A stretch of 64,000 nucleotides of DNA from a virus: the IMG/VR virus record IMGVR_UViG_3300018420_000012, positions 1 through 64,000 of that record; one strand, given 5' to 3'. The position numbers and the translations under genes are program-made. Numbering within the stretch: position 1 is the stretch's first letter; every line of letters begins with the position of its first letter. Positions 39,809-49,432 of the stretch are shown here, piece by piece. The notes under the pieces were generated by a model. It made no database searches, was not told the DNA's origin, and was given only the letters and a program-made list of their open reading frames with translations.

Positions 39809-42800
39809 ATGTTAAACTTCTTCTTGGCAGATAGAGTAAAAGAAATATCTTATACTGTTGGTACTGGCCCGCTTCAGCTTGAAGGTGCGGCTGCTGGCTT
39901 CAGTGGATTTGATGATATTTTTGCGTCTGGCGATTTAGTATTCTACGCTGTTACTGATAATGATAAGTATGAAATTGGCTCTGGTATTTATGAAAAAAGC
40001 GGCTCGTCAAGAGTTCTTACTCGAAATGTTATTAGAAGTTCTAATTTAAATATTGGTCCATACTATGTGGACGGTACAAGTAATCGCGGCCCTACTGATG
40101 GTCAGAATGGATATTTTCATCCGTTATGGCTGTCGAGGTCCGCAGCGGTCAGCGGTGTTGGCCTTACTGATGGGCCATTTAGTGATGTCAGCGGAATCTC
40201 GTTCGATGAATTTCCGGGGCAAACTTTTTATTATGTTCCTGAGTATTTCGGTGCTGCCGAACCTTCTCACTCTGGATTAAGCGGTGTTGATTTTAATGCG
40301 TCTGGGAATCCAGTTAGCTTTGTCAACGATGGAGTAAAAGAGGTATTTGTAACATATCCGGGCAAGACGGCTGTATACAACGCTTACGGTATAGACCCAA
40401 GTGTTAAAGAACCACAGAGAAGTGGTATTGCGTTCTGGGAAAATGGACAAATTATTAATTATGCATCTGGCATGTCTTGGGACAATGTAGCAGATGCACT
40501 TGGCTTCCGCAAGCATAACCCTACTTATGCCATTGATGTTGGTGGGAATATCGACTACTCAGTAGTTAGAGCTTCCGGTTTTGTTGATGGTGGTTCAGGT
40601 ATTTTATTCTCTGGTGTTGCTGGTTCATTCTCTGGTGGTCGTCAGCTAGAGCCATTTCTTAGAAATGTATTAAATAATGAGACTGGTACGGACGCTGTGT
40701 TTGAACTGAGCGGCGTGGTAGACCAAGGGATCATGTTCCAAAAGCAGCTTCCTAGAACTTTCTTTATTGGTCCATCTGGCGAGTGTGGATGCGTTGATGA
40801 CTACCCCGTGTTCAGAGAATTGGTAGCAAGTGACTTAGACCCTATCGTTGCTGATTTACCATTTGTTTCTCAGAACAATGTCGGTATTGGTTCAAATTCA
40901 GAATATCCTTTTGTTGTTGGTCAGATCGCAGTATATAGAGCTAGTGGCGAAATAACTTATGATAGTGGTCTATATTATGACGCTAATAATAATCGTCTCG
41001 GTATTAATGGCGTGACCGATGGATATTTGGTTCCAGAGTATGTACTGCACGTTAGCGGTGATATGGCTGCACAGTCTGGATATTTTGACCAAGTATTATT
41101 TACTGACGACATTATCAGAATTGGCGAAAATGCCGGTACTTATCTTGATAATCTATTCGTTGTAAATATTGGCTATAATGCCGGTGCTAATGCTAGTGGC
41201 GTAGAAGATGGTGTTATTGTCGGTAGTGGTGCCGGTAACAACCTAAAAGATTCTGACAAAGTTATTGTAATTGGTAGAAACGCTGGTCAACTCACTAGAT
41301 ATACAGATTCCATCATTGGAATTGGCTCTCAATCCGCTGAAAGTGCTAGTGGATTATACAATATTACGGCTATTGGCTCTGGTGCTGCTTGGGGAGCTTC
41401 TCAGGTAGATCAGAGCTTTATCGCTGGTCCTTTCGCTGGTAGTGGATTAGAAGAAGCTGAATCCGTTGTGGCTATGGGCTGGAATGTATTAGCGAACGCT
41501 TCCGGTGTCACAGATGTTGTAGCTGCTGGTAAAAATGCTCTCAGGGGTTCACAAACCGTATCAAACGCCCAAGTTGTTGGTGAGTCAGCTGCGAGCGGCT
41601 CCTTCAATCTTTCGCAAGTTTCTGCTGTTGGCAATCTTGCGGCAAACGAAGCGTCTGGCTTGACAAATGTTGTAGCTGTAGGTCAACATTCTGCTAGATA
41701 CGCTGAGACACTAGACGATGTTGTTGCTATCGGTCGTGCGGCTGCCCAGTCTGGACTAGAGCTTGGTGACACTGTTGCGGTTGGAACATCTGCTGGATCA
41801 CAAGCTAGTGGCAATTTCAATATTTACTTTGGTGCTAATGCCGGTGCTTCACTATCTGGTAATGAGAACATTGAGATTATCGCTTCTGGTTCATCTCTCA
41901 GTTTCTTAACAAATGAAGCTAGTGGCAAACTTAATATCGGCAATACCATTGTTGGTGATATTTATCAGGGTAGAGTAAAGGTTGGTGCTCCAACTGACGC
42001 TTCTCCAGATGCAACCCTTGAGGTTCGCCCAGATAACGCAGAAGAAATCGGACTACTTGTTCGTCATGTTGGCTCTGGTGGGTCGGAACCTTACTTCGCC
42101 CTACAATCCGGTGATGCTACTACATTCTTCCATATTAACAATAGTGGCGATGTCATCACTAGTGGCTGTGTAAATCCTAGTGGCGGTGTTTTGTTTAACG
42201 ATATCGTCCCTCAAGACATTACTAATAAACTTTATAATGACGGCGGTACATTATTCTGGAATGGATCACAGGTAGACACTGCTGGCGGAACCAGTTGGTA
42301 TCTTAGCAACGACCAGCTAGGTGCGTCTGTTGGGCAAAATATTACCACAGATCAAACTGTTACAATTAGTGGTGTTAGTGGTGTTACGATAGACCAGATT
42401 GGTAGATATTTGCAAATCTCAGCCGGTGAATTGTCCGGTGTTCTTCAGCCACAGATAACCAATTCTCTTTATACATTTGATGTTGGTGCTAGTGGTTACG
42501 ACGCAAACAATAATGACCCCGCAACGATCAATCAGGGTGACATAGTTTTACTTTCTGGCGTTAGCGGTGTTCACGTTGATTTTGAAACTAGATACGCTGG
42601 TGGTCAACGGTCTGGTATTTTTGTTATTGGTTATGACCCAACCATTACCTACGCATTTAATGCTGTAGCTAGTGGAAATGGTGGACAAAACAATACGCCA
42701 AAATCAATGGTTAATGATTCCGTTCTTGCTATCTCCGGTGTTAGCGGTATTAATATTGACTTTGAGAACCGCTCAGATGGAACAAATGAGAGCGGCGTTT

Positions 42801-44320
42801 TTGTTCTAGGATTTACCGAAGAATACTGGAGCAAAGCGTCTGGCGAAGGGAACTACAGCCAGATTTTAGAAAATACAGCCAGTGGACTTGCTATTAGCGG
42901 TATCTCTGAGTGGGCATCTGGTGAGTTTGGAAGACTTGGACTTGGTGGCGGCACCAAGGGTACAAGTGGTATTATCTTCCAAGACGACCATTTGATTCTT
43001 GACCCACAAGGTTCTGGTTCACTCGCTAGATTGAATCTTAACGACAATAATAGCGTTATTATTCAAACAGAAGATGGTTATGAATTCTTTGGTGGTAATA
43101 GTAATTCGGTAATTGTTGGAGAGTCGGCGGGTAGTGGCTCTGTTGACTTAGACGGTAGCGTTGTGATCGGGAGTGGTGCTGGTCAAAACTCGTACTGTGG
43201 CCCGGATGTTTACAGTGGGCCGTGGGCGGGTTCTAATAATGTTCTTATAGGTAGTAGAGCTGGAGCTTTTAGCAGCGGTGATGCTGCCAACTACGGAAAC
43301 GTGGTAGCCGTGGGAAATGCGGCTGGTTCTGGCGGTTGGAACGCAACGGACGGCGTGTTTGTTGGAGGACGTGCGGGCAGCAATATCGAATCATCCACCC
43401 AAGCCGTGTGTATTGGTTCGCGAGCTGGTGAAACTTTAATTGAAAGTCCACGCTCAATATCAATTGGTTGGTATGCCGGAAGAAATGCTTCTGGCATTAA
43501 CGACTCTGTTAATATTGGATGGAGAGCCGGAAGCTTTTCAGACAACTGTACGAACGCAATAAATATCGGCGGCTATGCAGGCTATACCGCTGAAAATAAT
43601 TCCCAATCTGTAATCTTAGGCGACGAAGCGGGAAGTTATTCAAACAATAATTACCGATGTGTTATGGTTGGTTGGGATGCTGGTAGAGAGTCTGCTTCTG
43701 GTCAAAACGAAATTTATATAGGTGCAAACGCAGGGTTAAACGCTTCCGGCGACTCGGCTTATAATATTTACATAGGTCAAGACGCTGGACGAGGAAGAGT
43801 CGGCTCAAATTCTATTATGATTCATAAGGGAAATGTTGCAACAGATAATCTCAAGGCCGACCACGATAGAGATGATTTGCTTGTGATTGGAGACAACATT
43901 CTCGGCATCGAAGATTCCTATCTTCATATCGGTTATAGTCTGGTTAATGATAAGGATCAGTCTTTATTTGGAACTTTAAATACTGCCGCACTCAATCTAA
44001 CACCTCACAGCACTACAAAATCCGCACTTTACCTAAGACCACTAAGTAGTCAATCTTCATCATTGATGAAAACAAAAAGCCTGTACGGTGCGACCTACTT
44101 TGATACAAATATTATTAATAAAAATGGACAGCTACTTGTTCAAGTGGCTAATAGCAAATCTGGTAACGAGATTCTTACCACTGGTGGAAGTGTAATACCA
44201 AGAGCTACGGCTGGACAGATAGCACTTTATGAGACAGTTTCAAATACTGGAATTGCAATTCTTGTTCAGGATGGCGGTGCTTTAACTTGGAGATACCTAG
44301 AACTTGGCTTCCTTCCTTAA
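39809..44320 (+). CDS. Very long fibre protein (1503 aa) with DRVxE anchor and two YadA-like beta-roll blocks
   Basis: ADRVKEIS.TVGTG N-terminus; about 14-aa V.IGxxAG..ASG repeats. Confidence 0.78.
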   Translation: MLNFFLADRVKEISYTVGTGPLQLEGAAAGFSGFDDIFASGDLVFYAVTDNDKYEIGSGIYEKSGSSRVLTRNVIRSSNLNIGPYYVDGTSNRGPTDGQNGYFHPLWLSRSAAVSGVGLTDGPFSDVSGISFDEFPGQTFYYVPEYFGAAEPSHSGLSGVDFNASGNPVSFVNDGVKEVFVTYPGKTAVYNAYGIDPSVKEPQRSGIAFWENGQIINYASGMSWDNVADALGFRKHNPTYAIDVGGNIDYSVVRASGFVDGGSGILFSGVAGSFSGGRQLEPFLRNVLNNETGTDAVFELSGVVDQGIMFQKQLPRTFFIGPSGECGCVDDYPVFRELVASDLDPIVADLPFVSQNNVGIGSNSEYPFVVGQIAVYRASGEITYDSGLYYDANNNRLGINGVTDGYLVPEYVLHVSGDMAAQSGYFDQVLFTDDIIRIGENAGTYLDNLFVVNIGYNAGANASGVEDGVIVGSGAGNNLKDSDKVIVIGRNAGQLTRYTDSIIGIGSQSAESASGLYNITAIGSGAAWGASQVDQSFIAGPFAGSGLEEAESVVAMGWNVLANASGVTDVVAAGKNALRGSQTVSNAQVVGESAASGSFNLSQVSAVGNLAANEASGLTNVVAVGQHSARYAETLDDVVAIGRAAAQSGLELGDTVAVGTSAGSQASGNFNIYFGANAGASLSGNENIEIIASGSSLSFLTNEASGKLNIGNTIVGDIYQGRVKVGAPTDASPDATLEVRPDNAEEIGLLVRHVGSGGSEPYFALQSGDATTFFHINNSGDVITSGCVNPSGGVLFNDIVPQDITNKLYNDGGTLFWNGSQVDTAGGTSWYLSNDQLGASVGQNITTDQTVTISGVSGVTIDQIGRYLQISAGELSGVLQPQITNSLYTFDVGASGYDANNNDPATINQGDIVLLSGVSGVHVDFETRYAGGQRSGIFVIGYDPTITYAFNAVASGNGGQNNTPKSMVNDSVLAISGVSGINIDFENRSDGTNESGVFVLGFTEEYWSKASGEGNYSQILENTASGLAISGISEWASGEFGRLGLGGGTKGTSGIIFQDDHLILDPQGSGSLARLNLNDNNSVIIQTEDGYEFFGGNSNSVIVGESAGSGSVDLDGSVVIGSGAGQNSYCGPDVYSGPWAGSNNVLIGSRAGAFSSGDAANYGNVVAVGNAAGSGGWNATDGVFVGGRAGSNIESSTQAVCIGSRAGETLIESPRSISIGWYAGRNASGINDSVNIGWRAGSFSDNCTNAINIGGYAGYTAENNSQSVILGDEAGSYSNNNYRCVMVGWDAGRESASGQNEIYIGANAGLNASGDSAYNIYIGQDAGRGRVGSNSIMIHKGNVATDNLKADHDRDDLLVIGDNILGIEDSYLHIGYSLVNDKDQSLFGTLNTAALNLTPHSTTKSALYLRPLSSQSSSLMKTKSLYGATYFDTNIINKNGQLLVQVANSKSGNEILTTGGSVIPRATAGQIALYETVSNTGIAILVQDGGALTWRYLELGFLP

Positions 44321-44356
44321 TTTTAACTAAGAGAGTAATTAAATTGGAGAAAAATA

Positions 44357-44551
44357 ATGTCTGATGTAATAAGGCCAGTAACCACCGCAGCTGCGGGAAT
44401 ACAAAATGGCTCTATCGTCACGCTAGTTTTCGAGACTGGTCAGAATAACCAAGAAAGAAATCCTGATGTAAATCAGTTTGTGCCTTCTGGAACTATTCAG
44501 TCGAGGTTAGACACTAGATTCGATGAGCATTATGGCGGCGGGGCTTCCTAA
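44357..44551 (+). CDS. Small hypothetical protein
   Basis: GGAGA RBS, in operon. Confidence 0.55.
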   Translation: MSDVIRPVTTAAAGIQNGSIVTLVFETGQNNQERNPDVNQFVPSGTIQSRLDTRFDEHYGGGAS

Positions 44552-44565
44552 TATAAAGGTATAAG

Positions 44566-45048
44566 ATGCCAATTAATATTCCAGAGTCAGTATTCGACAA
44601 ATACTACGATATTATTGATTCCACTATCAATGATATTTTTGGTGTTGTATGTCAACTTGTTTACATAGAGAAGGTAGAAGAAATTTCTAATACCTACGAT
44701 AATCTTCCGTCCAGAAAAAGCATCAATGCTCACCGTCAAAAGGGTGATGGATACAGAAGAGAAAACAAGGTTTACAAAGAGGTCGAAAAGTTTGAAGACG
44801 TAAAACTAAAAGTTTACTGGGATAGCAGGAATTGGACAAAGGTTGGCGGTAATATTGTCATTCCAGATAATAGTATTCAGACGATCTTTTTCGCATCAGA
44901 CTTAGATAAGATTGTGAGGGCAAAATATCTCATAGCCCATAAAGAAATTAAAGACCAAAGAGAGTTTAGGTTTTCCAGATTGGGAGAGCCTTTTCCAATG
45001 GGTCTTAGACAAAATAGATACTTTGGATGTTTTTGGGAGCGTGCATAA
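44566..45048 (+). CDS. Head closure (stopper) protein, probable
   Basis: Size, beta-rich, position in the neck cluster. Confidence 0.55.
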   Translation: MPINIPESVFDKYYDIIDSTINDIFGVVCQLVYIEKVEEISNTYDNLPSRKSINAHRQKGDGYRRENKVYKEVEKFEDVKLKVYWDSRNWTKVGGNIVIPDNSIQTIFFASDLDKIVRAKYLIAHKEIKDQREFRFSRLGEPFPMGLRQNRYFGCFWERA

Positions 45049-45686
45049 TGGCTAGAGTTGGACTGAAGATATTAGAATCCAACAAAAAGATAGAGAAAGA
45101 AATGTATCTAGCAATAGCTAATTATATTTCAGGTAAAATTAATAGCAATAGAGAAAGAGTGCAAAAAAGACTTCAGGCTCGTATTCCTGAGTGGATTAGA
45201 AGTGCAGATGAGATAGTTTCTCTAGAGAGTGATGGTCAGCAGGGTAGTTTAAATGCTCAATTTGGATTGCGGCCCGGAACCGCATCGTCCGCTACTGATG
45301 CTATTATTCAGGCTATAGTTAGCAGTATTGAGGTAGAAGTAGGTAGAATAGACAAAAGACTTAGAGGTTACATAGTATTTAATTTTCAACCAAACGATTT
45401 TAGAAATTTATTGGCCTTACCACAAGGGGTCGTTGTTACAGCCGCTGGTCAAACAAACCTCGCTTGGCTTGACTGGTTATTAACAGCTGGTGGCAAAGTT
45501 ATTATCACAAATTATAGTTATGTTCCAGAGATAGGGGGGCGATCTGGTGGTGGTACGATGAACGCTGGGGGTGGATGGAGAGTTCCTCCGCTATTCCAAG
45601 GTACTACAGATGACAATTTTGTTACTAGGGCATTAAGCAATCGGGAAAGAGAGATAACGCCAATCTTACAAGGATTACTTGAGTAA
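45048..45686 (+). CDS. Neck/tail completion protein, probable
   Basis: TAATG coupling gives start 45048; WLDWLL...GT.DDNFVTRAL C-terminus. Confidence 0.55.
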   Translation: MARVGLKILESNKKIEKEMYLAIANYISGKINSNRERVQKRLQARIPEWIRSADEIVSLESDGQQGSLNAQFGLRPGTASSATDAIIQAIVSSIEVEVGRIDKRLRGYIVFNFQPNDFRNLLALPQGVVVTAAGQTNLAWLDWLLTAGGKVIITNYSYVPEIGGRSGGGTMNAGGGWRVPPLFQGTTDDNFVTRALSNREREITPILQGLLE

Positions 45687-46669
45687 TGTATACTTTTTCA
45701 CCACTTAAAGGTTTTAATAGCATAAATGATGCTACAGTAACCAATCTTATGCAAGATGGGTTGATTGAGTATTTTGACTATGCCCTATTAGATAAGGGTA
45801 ATTATTACAATGTTGATTTTGGTGAAACAGCCCCGAACGGAGAAGATTATAGCAGATTAAGACTTTCCTCGAATGACCAGTACGTTTCAGGTCAAGTTTG
45901 GGAAGGGTTTAGAGGTAACTGGGTCTGGCAAAGCGGATTGACACCAGACGGGAAAACGCCACCAAATGTCGGCACTAATAAAAATTATCCCGGAATTAGC
46001 GGTGTCTATGTAAATGGCAATTTTCAACCTACTTCTGGAGAGGGGACTTATGCTCACTATGTCGATTATTTTAATGGTAGGGTTGTTTTCGACAGTCCAA
46101 TACCAACTGGATCAACGGTCCAAGCTGAGTTTAGTTACAAATACATAAATGTTGTTTACGCCAATAATATGCCTTGGCTTAGAGAGACGCAGAAAAGAAC
46201 GATGCAGCCAACAGCCAATTTTCTTGGCGTTAGCGAGGGTGCTTGGGATATGCCCCCAGAGAGTAGACTCCAATTACCAGCAATCGCTATAGAGGCTGTG
46301 CCACAAAGAAGGTTTAAAGGATATCAACTTGGTGGTGGTCAATGGGTATATTCAGATATTATTTTCCACTGTATAGCAGAGGACGAATATACTAGAAATT
46401 TACTACTTGACATAGTTTCTAATCAGAATGATAAAAATATTTTTATTCCTGATAGTAACATGATTGACAGTAGTGGTGCCTATCCTTTAGACCAAAATGG
46501 AACTCCGGTTCCAAGTGCCTTACAGTATCCAGAGCTTATCAACGACTACTCTAGAGGGTCTAGAATAAGATTAACAAAAGCTAATATTTCAGATATGTTT
46601 ATACCACAATCTGAACTTTATGGCGGTACAGTGAGAATGACAGCAGAGTTGATAAAATCAAATATTTAA
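45686..46669 (+). CDS. Tail terminator protein, probable
   Basis: QLPAIAIE...GYQLGGG...IIFHCIAEDEYTRN.L.DI pattern; directly upstream of the tube gene. Confidence 0.6.
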   Translation: MYTFSPLKGFNSINDATVTNLMQDGLIEYFDYALLDKGNYYNVDFGETAPNGEDYSRLRLSSNDQYVSGQVWEGFRGNWVWQSGLTPDGKTPPNVGTNKNYPGISGVYVNGNFQPTSGEGTYAHYVDYFNGRVVFDSPIPTGSTVQAEFSYKYINVVYANNMPWLRETQKRTMQPTANFLGVSEGAWDMPPESRLQLPAIAIEAVPQRRFKGYQLGGGQWVYSDIIFHCIAEDEYTRNLLLDIVSNQNDKNIFIPDSNMIDSSGAYPLDQNGTPVPSALQYPELINDYSRGSRIRLTKANISDMFIPQSELYGGTVRMTAELIKSNI

Positions 46670-46676
46670 GGTTTTT

Positions 46677-46685
46677 GTGTATAAT
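46677..46685 (+). promoter_or_regulatory. Late-promoter motif GTGTATAAT
   Basis: Intergenic, upstream of the major tail protein. Confidence 0.75.
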
Positions 46686-46728
46686 TTACTAGAAAAAATA
46701 TTTTTTCCATGAACAGGAGAGATTCCAA

Positions 46729-47907
46729 ATGAGTACAAATCAAAGAATTTTCTATGCATGTCAAGCGGTCAGTCTAGAAAATGACGGCAATGTTGCCGCT
46801 CTAACCGATAGTAACATGATCCACGGCCTACAAAGCATTGGTATCACCACCAACTTTAATCTTGAGCAGGCTTTTGAACTTGGTCAGATCGAAATCTATG
46901 AAAACATCGAGGGCACTCCAGATATTGAGGTTACTCTCGAAAAGGTTTTGGATGGCTATCCGTTGATTTATCATATGGCAAGTAGTGGGGTCGGAGCAAC
47001 TGCCGCCAGCGGACTAGCTGCTAGATCAAAAGAAAAATGTACTCTTAGACTTGGTATCTTCCCAGAAGAATTTAATAATGTAGATCAGGGCAGTGCTAAC
47101 GCCGAGGTTGAAGTTGAGTGCTCTGGAATGTTCATTTCAAGTATCTCATATTCAATTCCAAGTGAAGGTAGCATGACAGAATCTGTTACTCTTGTTGGAA
47201 ACAATAAAAGATGGCTAAGAGGTACTAGCAATACTAAAATCATTGCAGCAGCTGTTGATGCGTTTGATGGTAACGACGCACCATTAGCACAAGGCGTAAC
47301 GGGTTCAGCTTCTGGTGGTATTCAAAGACGAGAAGACGTTCTATTGTCTGGTTCGATTTTACCAGTATCAATTGACGGTGTTGTTGGTAGTGGATACTCC
47401 AACGCTCTCGATAGTAACGGATCACCAAGGATTCATATTCAAAGTATTTCAATTAGCACCGACTTTTCGCGTGACGATATTTTAGAACTCGGCAGAAAGA
47501 CCCCTTACTATCGTCCTGCTAACTTCCCAGTCGAAGTTACTTGTGAAATCGAAGCCATTACAGCTTCTGGTGACTTTATTGATGCATATGAAACTGGTGA
47601 TCCAGACCTCAACGCAACTATCGACTCTGGTAATAACCTAACCAATGACCCAATCTTTATTCTCACAAGAGCTGGTTACGCTTGGGATTTAGGCAACAAG
47701 AACAAGATTAGCTCTGTTTCCTACGGTGGGGGTGATGCTGGCGGTGGTAATGCAAGCTGTACTTATAGTTACACTAACTTTAACGCCCTTGATGTTCAAC
47801 ATAGACGAAATGGCTATGTTGGCTTTAACTGGCTAAATGATGGTGCTGCTGACATTGGTCAGGGTACTTTCCCACCTAACTTATTAACCGGTGGTCAGAA
47901 CGACTAA
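46729..47907 (+). CDS. Major tail (tube) protein
   Basis: Own promoter and AGGAGA RBS; two tube-like repeats (QSIGITTNFNLEQAFELG and QSISISTDFSRDDILELG). Confidence 0.78.
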   Translation: MSTNQRIFYACQAVSLENDGNVAALTDSNMIHGLQSIGITTNFNLEQAFELGQIEIYENIEGTPDIEVTLEKVLDGYPLIYHMASSGVGATAASGLAARSKEKCTLRLGIFPEEFNNVDQGSANAEVEVECSGMFISSISYSIPSEGSMTESVTLVGNNKRWLRGTSNTKIIAAAVDAFDGNDAPLAQGVTGSASGGIQRREDVLLSGSILPVSIDGVVGSGYSNALDSNGSPRIHIQSISISTDFSRDDILELGRKTPYYRPANFPVEVTCEIEAITASGDFIDAYETGDPDLNATIDSGNNLTNDPIFILTRAGYAWDLGNKNKISSVSYGGGDAGGGNASCTYSYTNFNALDVQHRRNGYVGFNWLNDGAADIGQGTFPPNLLTGGQND

Positions 47908-47928
47908 TAGTTTAATTATTATTTGGAA

Positions 47929-48055
47929 AACCCCGACTCTGCGTTAGCGAACAGGATAGCGAGTAGGGTTGGGGGTTATGGAAGGAAATATATGAATAAA
48001 ATAACATACTCCCGTTGTCGTGAGAATTCGTATGAGTCCTTATGAGCGGGAGTAT
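47929..48055 (+). promoter_or_regulatory. Two long hairpins plus a uORF in the leader of the gene after the tail tube
   Basis: Stem 47929-47977; stem 48006-48055 enclosing ATG 48032; uORF 47992-48045 with GGAAGGA RBS. Confidence 0.55.
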
Positions 48056-49066
48056 TTTATATCAAGACTTAGAACTGGCTTCTATATTATAAATGACGGT
48101 GAAACAAAGATTAAAATTGTTCCACCAACAATAGAGCAAGAGTATGAATCAAACGAAGTGTTCATGGATTCGTACAATCGTTGTCTAGCTGATGGATTCT
48201 TAACAGAAGATGAAATGCTAGAATGGATGATTGAAAAAGGTTTATGGTCAGAAGAAAAGCAAAATCAGTTTGATAAAACTGAAAAAGATATAGAGTCATT
48301 CAAAGTCGAGCTGTTTCAGAATAGATCAAAGGAAGCAGATAGGGAAAAAATCAGAAAATTAATCAGTGGAGCTAAGACATTTAGACGCGAGCTTGGTAAA
48401 GAAAAAGAAGAATATTTTTCTAATACATGTGAGGGTATAGCATTAAATGATAAGAATGTCACCATGTTTGAATGGTGCTCGATTGTTGATGGCAAACCTT
48501 ACAGGTTCCCTAATGACAATTCTTTTCAATTATACTTTACATGGATTTCTAAAATACTTAGAGAACATCAAGTTCGTGAGCTTGCAAGGACAGAGCCTTG
48601 GGGTTCATTTTGGGCGTTAAGAAGTCAAGGGGTATTATTTAAAAATAAAGAGCAATTAACAATAGACCAAAAAAATATTCTGGTTTGGTCGCAAATGTAT
48701 GATAATGTGCAGGAATCAATGGATTGTCCACCCAAGTCTGTTATCGAAGATGACGATATGCTGGACGGCTGGATGATCTTACAAAGGCGTAAGGCTGAAT
48801 CAGAAAAATCTCAGTCAGAACTGGAGACAAAATTGAGTAATTCTAAGATTTCACAATCCGACGAGGTGTTTATATTTACAGATAATAAAAAGGACGCTCA
48901 AGATATTAATGATATGAATTCTTATGGGTCTAAAAAAATAAAAGAACAAAGAATGTCGGTCTTAGCATCGCGGGGCGAGGCTAGAGACTTAGACTTTAAA
49001 GATCAAAAGATCAGAGTTTCAAATATTCAGAACGAACAATTTAAAGGAAGATTTGGAGGGAAATAA
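48032..49066 (+). CDS. Tail assembly chaperone-like/hypothetical protein
   Basis: Between tube and TMP; charged and helical; start 48032 (ATG) or 48020 (GTG). Confidence 0.6.
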   Translation: MSPYEREYFISRLRTGFYIINDGETKIKIVPPTIEQEYESNEVFMDSYNRCLADGFLTEDEMLEWMIEKGLWSEEKQNQFDKTEKDIESFKVELFQNRSKEADREKIRKLISGAKTFRRELGKEKEEYFSNTCEGIALNDKNVTMFEWCSIVDGKPYRFPNDNSFQLYFTWISKILREHQVRELARTEPWGSFWALRSQGVLFKNKEQLTIDQKNILVWSQMYDNVQESMDCPPKSVIEDDDMLDGWMILQRRKAESEKSQSELETKLSNSKISQSDEVFIFTDNKKDAQDINDMNSYGSKKIKEQRMSVLASRGEARDLDFKDQKIRVSNIQNEQFKGRFGGK

Positions 49067-49068
49067 AA

Positions 49069-49431
49069 ATGAACGACGGTTTTGATAAACTGATTCGCAA
49101 GCAATCAGAATACAAGTCTGTAAGGGAGGATAAGTACAAAACTGACTCTCGCTCTAGACTTTCTAAGATATTAAAAAAGAAAGTTGAAACCACCATGATA
49201 GGTGCATTATCTTCAATAGAAGAGCATTTTTCATTCTTGTGGGCTTCTGACGCTGAAGGGCTTACGCCAGAGCAAAAGTTGATGTATGATTTGTTTCAAA
49301 AAGTTAGATCAGAGATTTTGGATAAAGGAAATTCTCAGTCTAGAAATATAGATGCTGAATTATCTCAGTATGAAGTAAAATGGCTAAGATATTCTGTGGA
49401 AATTCCAGTTAAGAAAACGGAGGAGAAATAA
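49069..49431 (+). CDS. Hypothetical protein (tail region)
   Basis: GGAGG RBS, in operon. Confidence 0.65.
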   Translation: MNDGFDKLIRKQSEYKSVREDKYKTDSRSRLSKILKKKVETTMIGALSSIEEHFSFLWASDAEGLTPEQKLMYDLFQKVRSEILDKGNSQSRNIDAELSQYEVKWLRYSVEIPVKKTEEK

Positions 49432-49432
49432 G

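Noticed and set aside
13736-44320. Diversity-generating retroelement or invertible fibre switch
   Set aside because: No reverse transcriptase or recombinase, and no near-identical DNA repeats with adenine-specific differences; shared motifs diverge at synonymous sites
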